Shown here in pieces: positions 35,320 to 37,503 of a DNA stretch of 37,503 nucleotides. The notes beneath the pieces were generated by a model. That model made no database searches. It saw nothing but the letters and a program-made list of their open reading frames with translations, and was not told the DNA's origin. How positions within the stretch are numbered: position 1 is the first letter of the stretch; each line of letters starts with the position of its first letter. The DNA comes from Nemertoderma westbladi (lineage: Eukaryota; Animalia; Xenacoelomorpha). The translations under genes and the position numbers were made by a program. The stretch covers positions 1 through 37,503 of the forward strand of contig JAUCBJ010000944.1 of assembly GCA_032718475.1 (NCBI GenBank). The letters run 5' to 3'.

Positions 35320-35990
35320 GATAGCCTTGTAACATTGCGAGGTATTTACACTATTGACAGTCCTATACTCAAACGGCCATATCAACCTTCCCACCATTGA
35401 CATTGCAGTCCTCTCATTAAGTTTTGGGGAATCACGTACGTCTTCCACGAATTCATGTGGTGCTTCATCACCCCATCTTCGACTGTAGAGACGCTTCACA
35501 CATCGAGACAAATGGAAATCTATGCTTCATCACTAAAGAAGACGTTAATGTCGATATTTGGATTTTCAAGAAGGGATAATAATGACTGGGCGGTGGGCGC
35601 ATGGGACTCTCGAGTTGTAAACGCTTGGTTTGAGTGCATGATGTGATGGACTTGAAGCTTGTACGCCCTAAAACGTAATAATGTTCTTTAATGTCCTTTG
35701 TAATAAACCGTAGCTAATATTCAAAACTTTTGAGCCATGTCGGATGGACGATCCTTTATTGTCAGTGAATAAAATGTTAATTAGTTCAACCATATCGTCT
35801 GATAATGGTGGTCTTCCAGATCCTTTTATAAGGAGCAGACTGCCAGGAGTGCCGTTTTCGAAATTTCGGACAAATCGTCCGACTTCCGAAAGGGACGGAA
35901 GCCATTGGCCAGTGAATTCGTGTCCAAACTGCAATTCAGTTTGGTTTTTCCTTAACAATAAGAACATTATATGATCAAACTATAAACATG
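35320..35990 (-). pseudogene. Decayed Tc1/mariner-superfamily transposase
   Basis: HTH region with GSGRP and SIRHGSKVLNISY, then AYKLQ, FFSDEA and RRWGDEAPHEFVE...SPKL...IWPF...TVNS across stops and frameshifts. No TIRs found. Confidence 0.75.
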
Positions 35991-36589
35991 TTTACATTGA
36001 CGGAAGAAGTGATAGTTACCTACTTGCCTATTAGTAGTTGCCGATAGTTGCCTGATTGTTGCTATGATAACAAGGGAATAATATCTGTGAACGCTTTGTT
36101 TTGATTAGAAATAAAATAATTGGTTTAATTCACACTAACTTTCCACATTAAGACAATTTTCTTGTACCACTTTCCATTTCACGGTCTTAGTTTACCAATA
36201 TAACACGTTTACATCGTTTTAGCTTTAAAATAAACCATCAATTGTTAATTTGTGTTTTTTATTTTACATATAATTATGTAATAATTACAGGTCTATTAAA
36301 AACTTCAATTAAGACAATTTGTTTCAAACTTATTATTAAAATGATGTGTTTCATAACCTTATGATCGTTTCTCTTTAAATAACTATTATCGACGTTTATT
36401 TTTAGGAAATAAATAATTTAACGATGACATGGAATGGTACACCGACGAATCAGTTCACTTACACCACCAGTGATCCCCTAACTAACCCTATTGTAAGTAT
36501 TCAATTAATAAAGGTTATTAAATAAATTTCAATTACGTATATTCGATCGAATTACGTACCGGTATTGTCGTATTACGCATCGAAATAAA

Positions 36590-37400
36590 TCATTGTGCAT
36601 TTATATGCAATCCAACCTCCTTAGCGGCCCTCTCCACTGTATTCAGTATAAGCTGTGCATCTGCTAGCGTATTAGAGAGCAGGGCGATGTCATCCGCAAA
36701 CTCGGTGTCTGTGACTGTAGTTGCCGGATATCTACTACTTCTGCGTTCTTGAAGTGTGAATCCCAGATCTTCACCCTTTGTGGCCGTCCTCATTGCGTAA
36801 TCCAGCACAATTACAAATAGTAATGGTGCTATTGTGTCACCTTGCAGTACGCCAGCCAGGATTGAGAAAAACTCAGTTTCACCATCTGGTGAGAGTACCT
36901 GAGCTCCTGTATCACAATATAACAATCCAATGCCAGCACAATTACTTCTGGTATTCCATAAGCTCTTAACAATTTCTAGTATTTTACCTCTTTGGATGGA
37001 GTCGAATGCTTTATTAAAGTCCACAAAACTCATGACAGCGGGGAGATTCTTTGACTTAATTCCTTCAATCAGTCTCCGTAGCGCAAGTATCTGAGCTATT
37101 GATGATCCATTTAGTCGAAGTTTTGGCTCTTACGCAACAGTTTCTTTATGAGAAGCCTAATTTTATATAAAATCAATTTGTCGTATATTTTGGCAGCTAC
37201 CTCAAGCAGACAGATCCCACGATACTTTGTTGGTACTGTATCACGAAGTCTTCTTTCTTGGGGAGAGGCTTTAGTTGACATTTAGTGCAAATTAATTGGT
37301 GGTGGCTTTTCCCATTTCAGCATCCGGTTGCAAACATCCAATAATGGTATAAAAAATTCAGCACTCCTGTTTTCCATACCTCTGCAGGGATTCCCATGTT
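36590..37400 (-). pseudogene. Non-LTR (RTE-like) reverse transcriptase fragment
   Basis: GIPAEVWK, PLPKK, YRGICLL, QILALRRLIEG, FVDFNKAFDSI, GVLQGDTIAPLLF and FADDIALL; several frameshifts and a 3' truncation. Confidence 0.9.
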
Positions 37401-37503
37401 TCTATATGTAGCGTCTTGTCATTTATTATCACCTTTTTCCAAAAGAAAAAGCGAAATGTGGGAAATTGGTGACAGTGAAAAAAGCTAGAATTGAATCTTG
37501 TTG

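Overview
AT-rich eukaryotic (probably invertebrate) DNA made up mostly of nested transposable elements; no host protein-coding gene can be supported. The main element is a ~9.6 kb minus-strand BEL/Pao LTR retroelement (LTR homology 4540-5008 and 13697-14165). It has one uninterrupted 1576-aa ORF: a long unassigned N-terminal extension, Gag, three zinc knuckles and a protease, fused in frame to short remnants of RNase H and the integrase tail, with no RT or integrase core. Its long 5' leader carries tandem duplications and a CCC...GGG EnSpm/CMC-type insertion. The window also holds a 5'-truncated Ty3/Gypsy pol plus 3' LTR between two arrays of the same 39-bp minisatellite, a Mutator-like element with ~215-bp TIRs and a 9-bp TSD, two hAT-type MITEs, several Helentron/DINE-1-like (HINE) elements, two copies of a foldback-like family built on a 17-bp repeat, tRNA-derived SINE-like sequences, two RTE-type LINE RT fragments and a decayed Tc1/mariner transposase. 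All calls come from reading motifs by eye; no database search was run.
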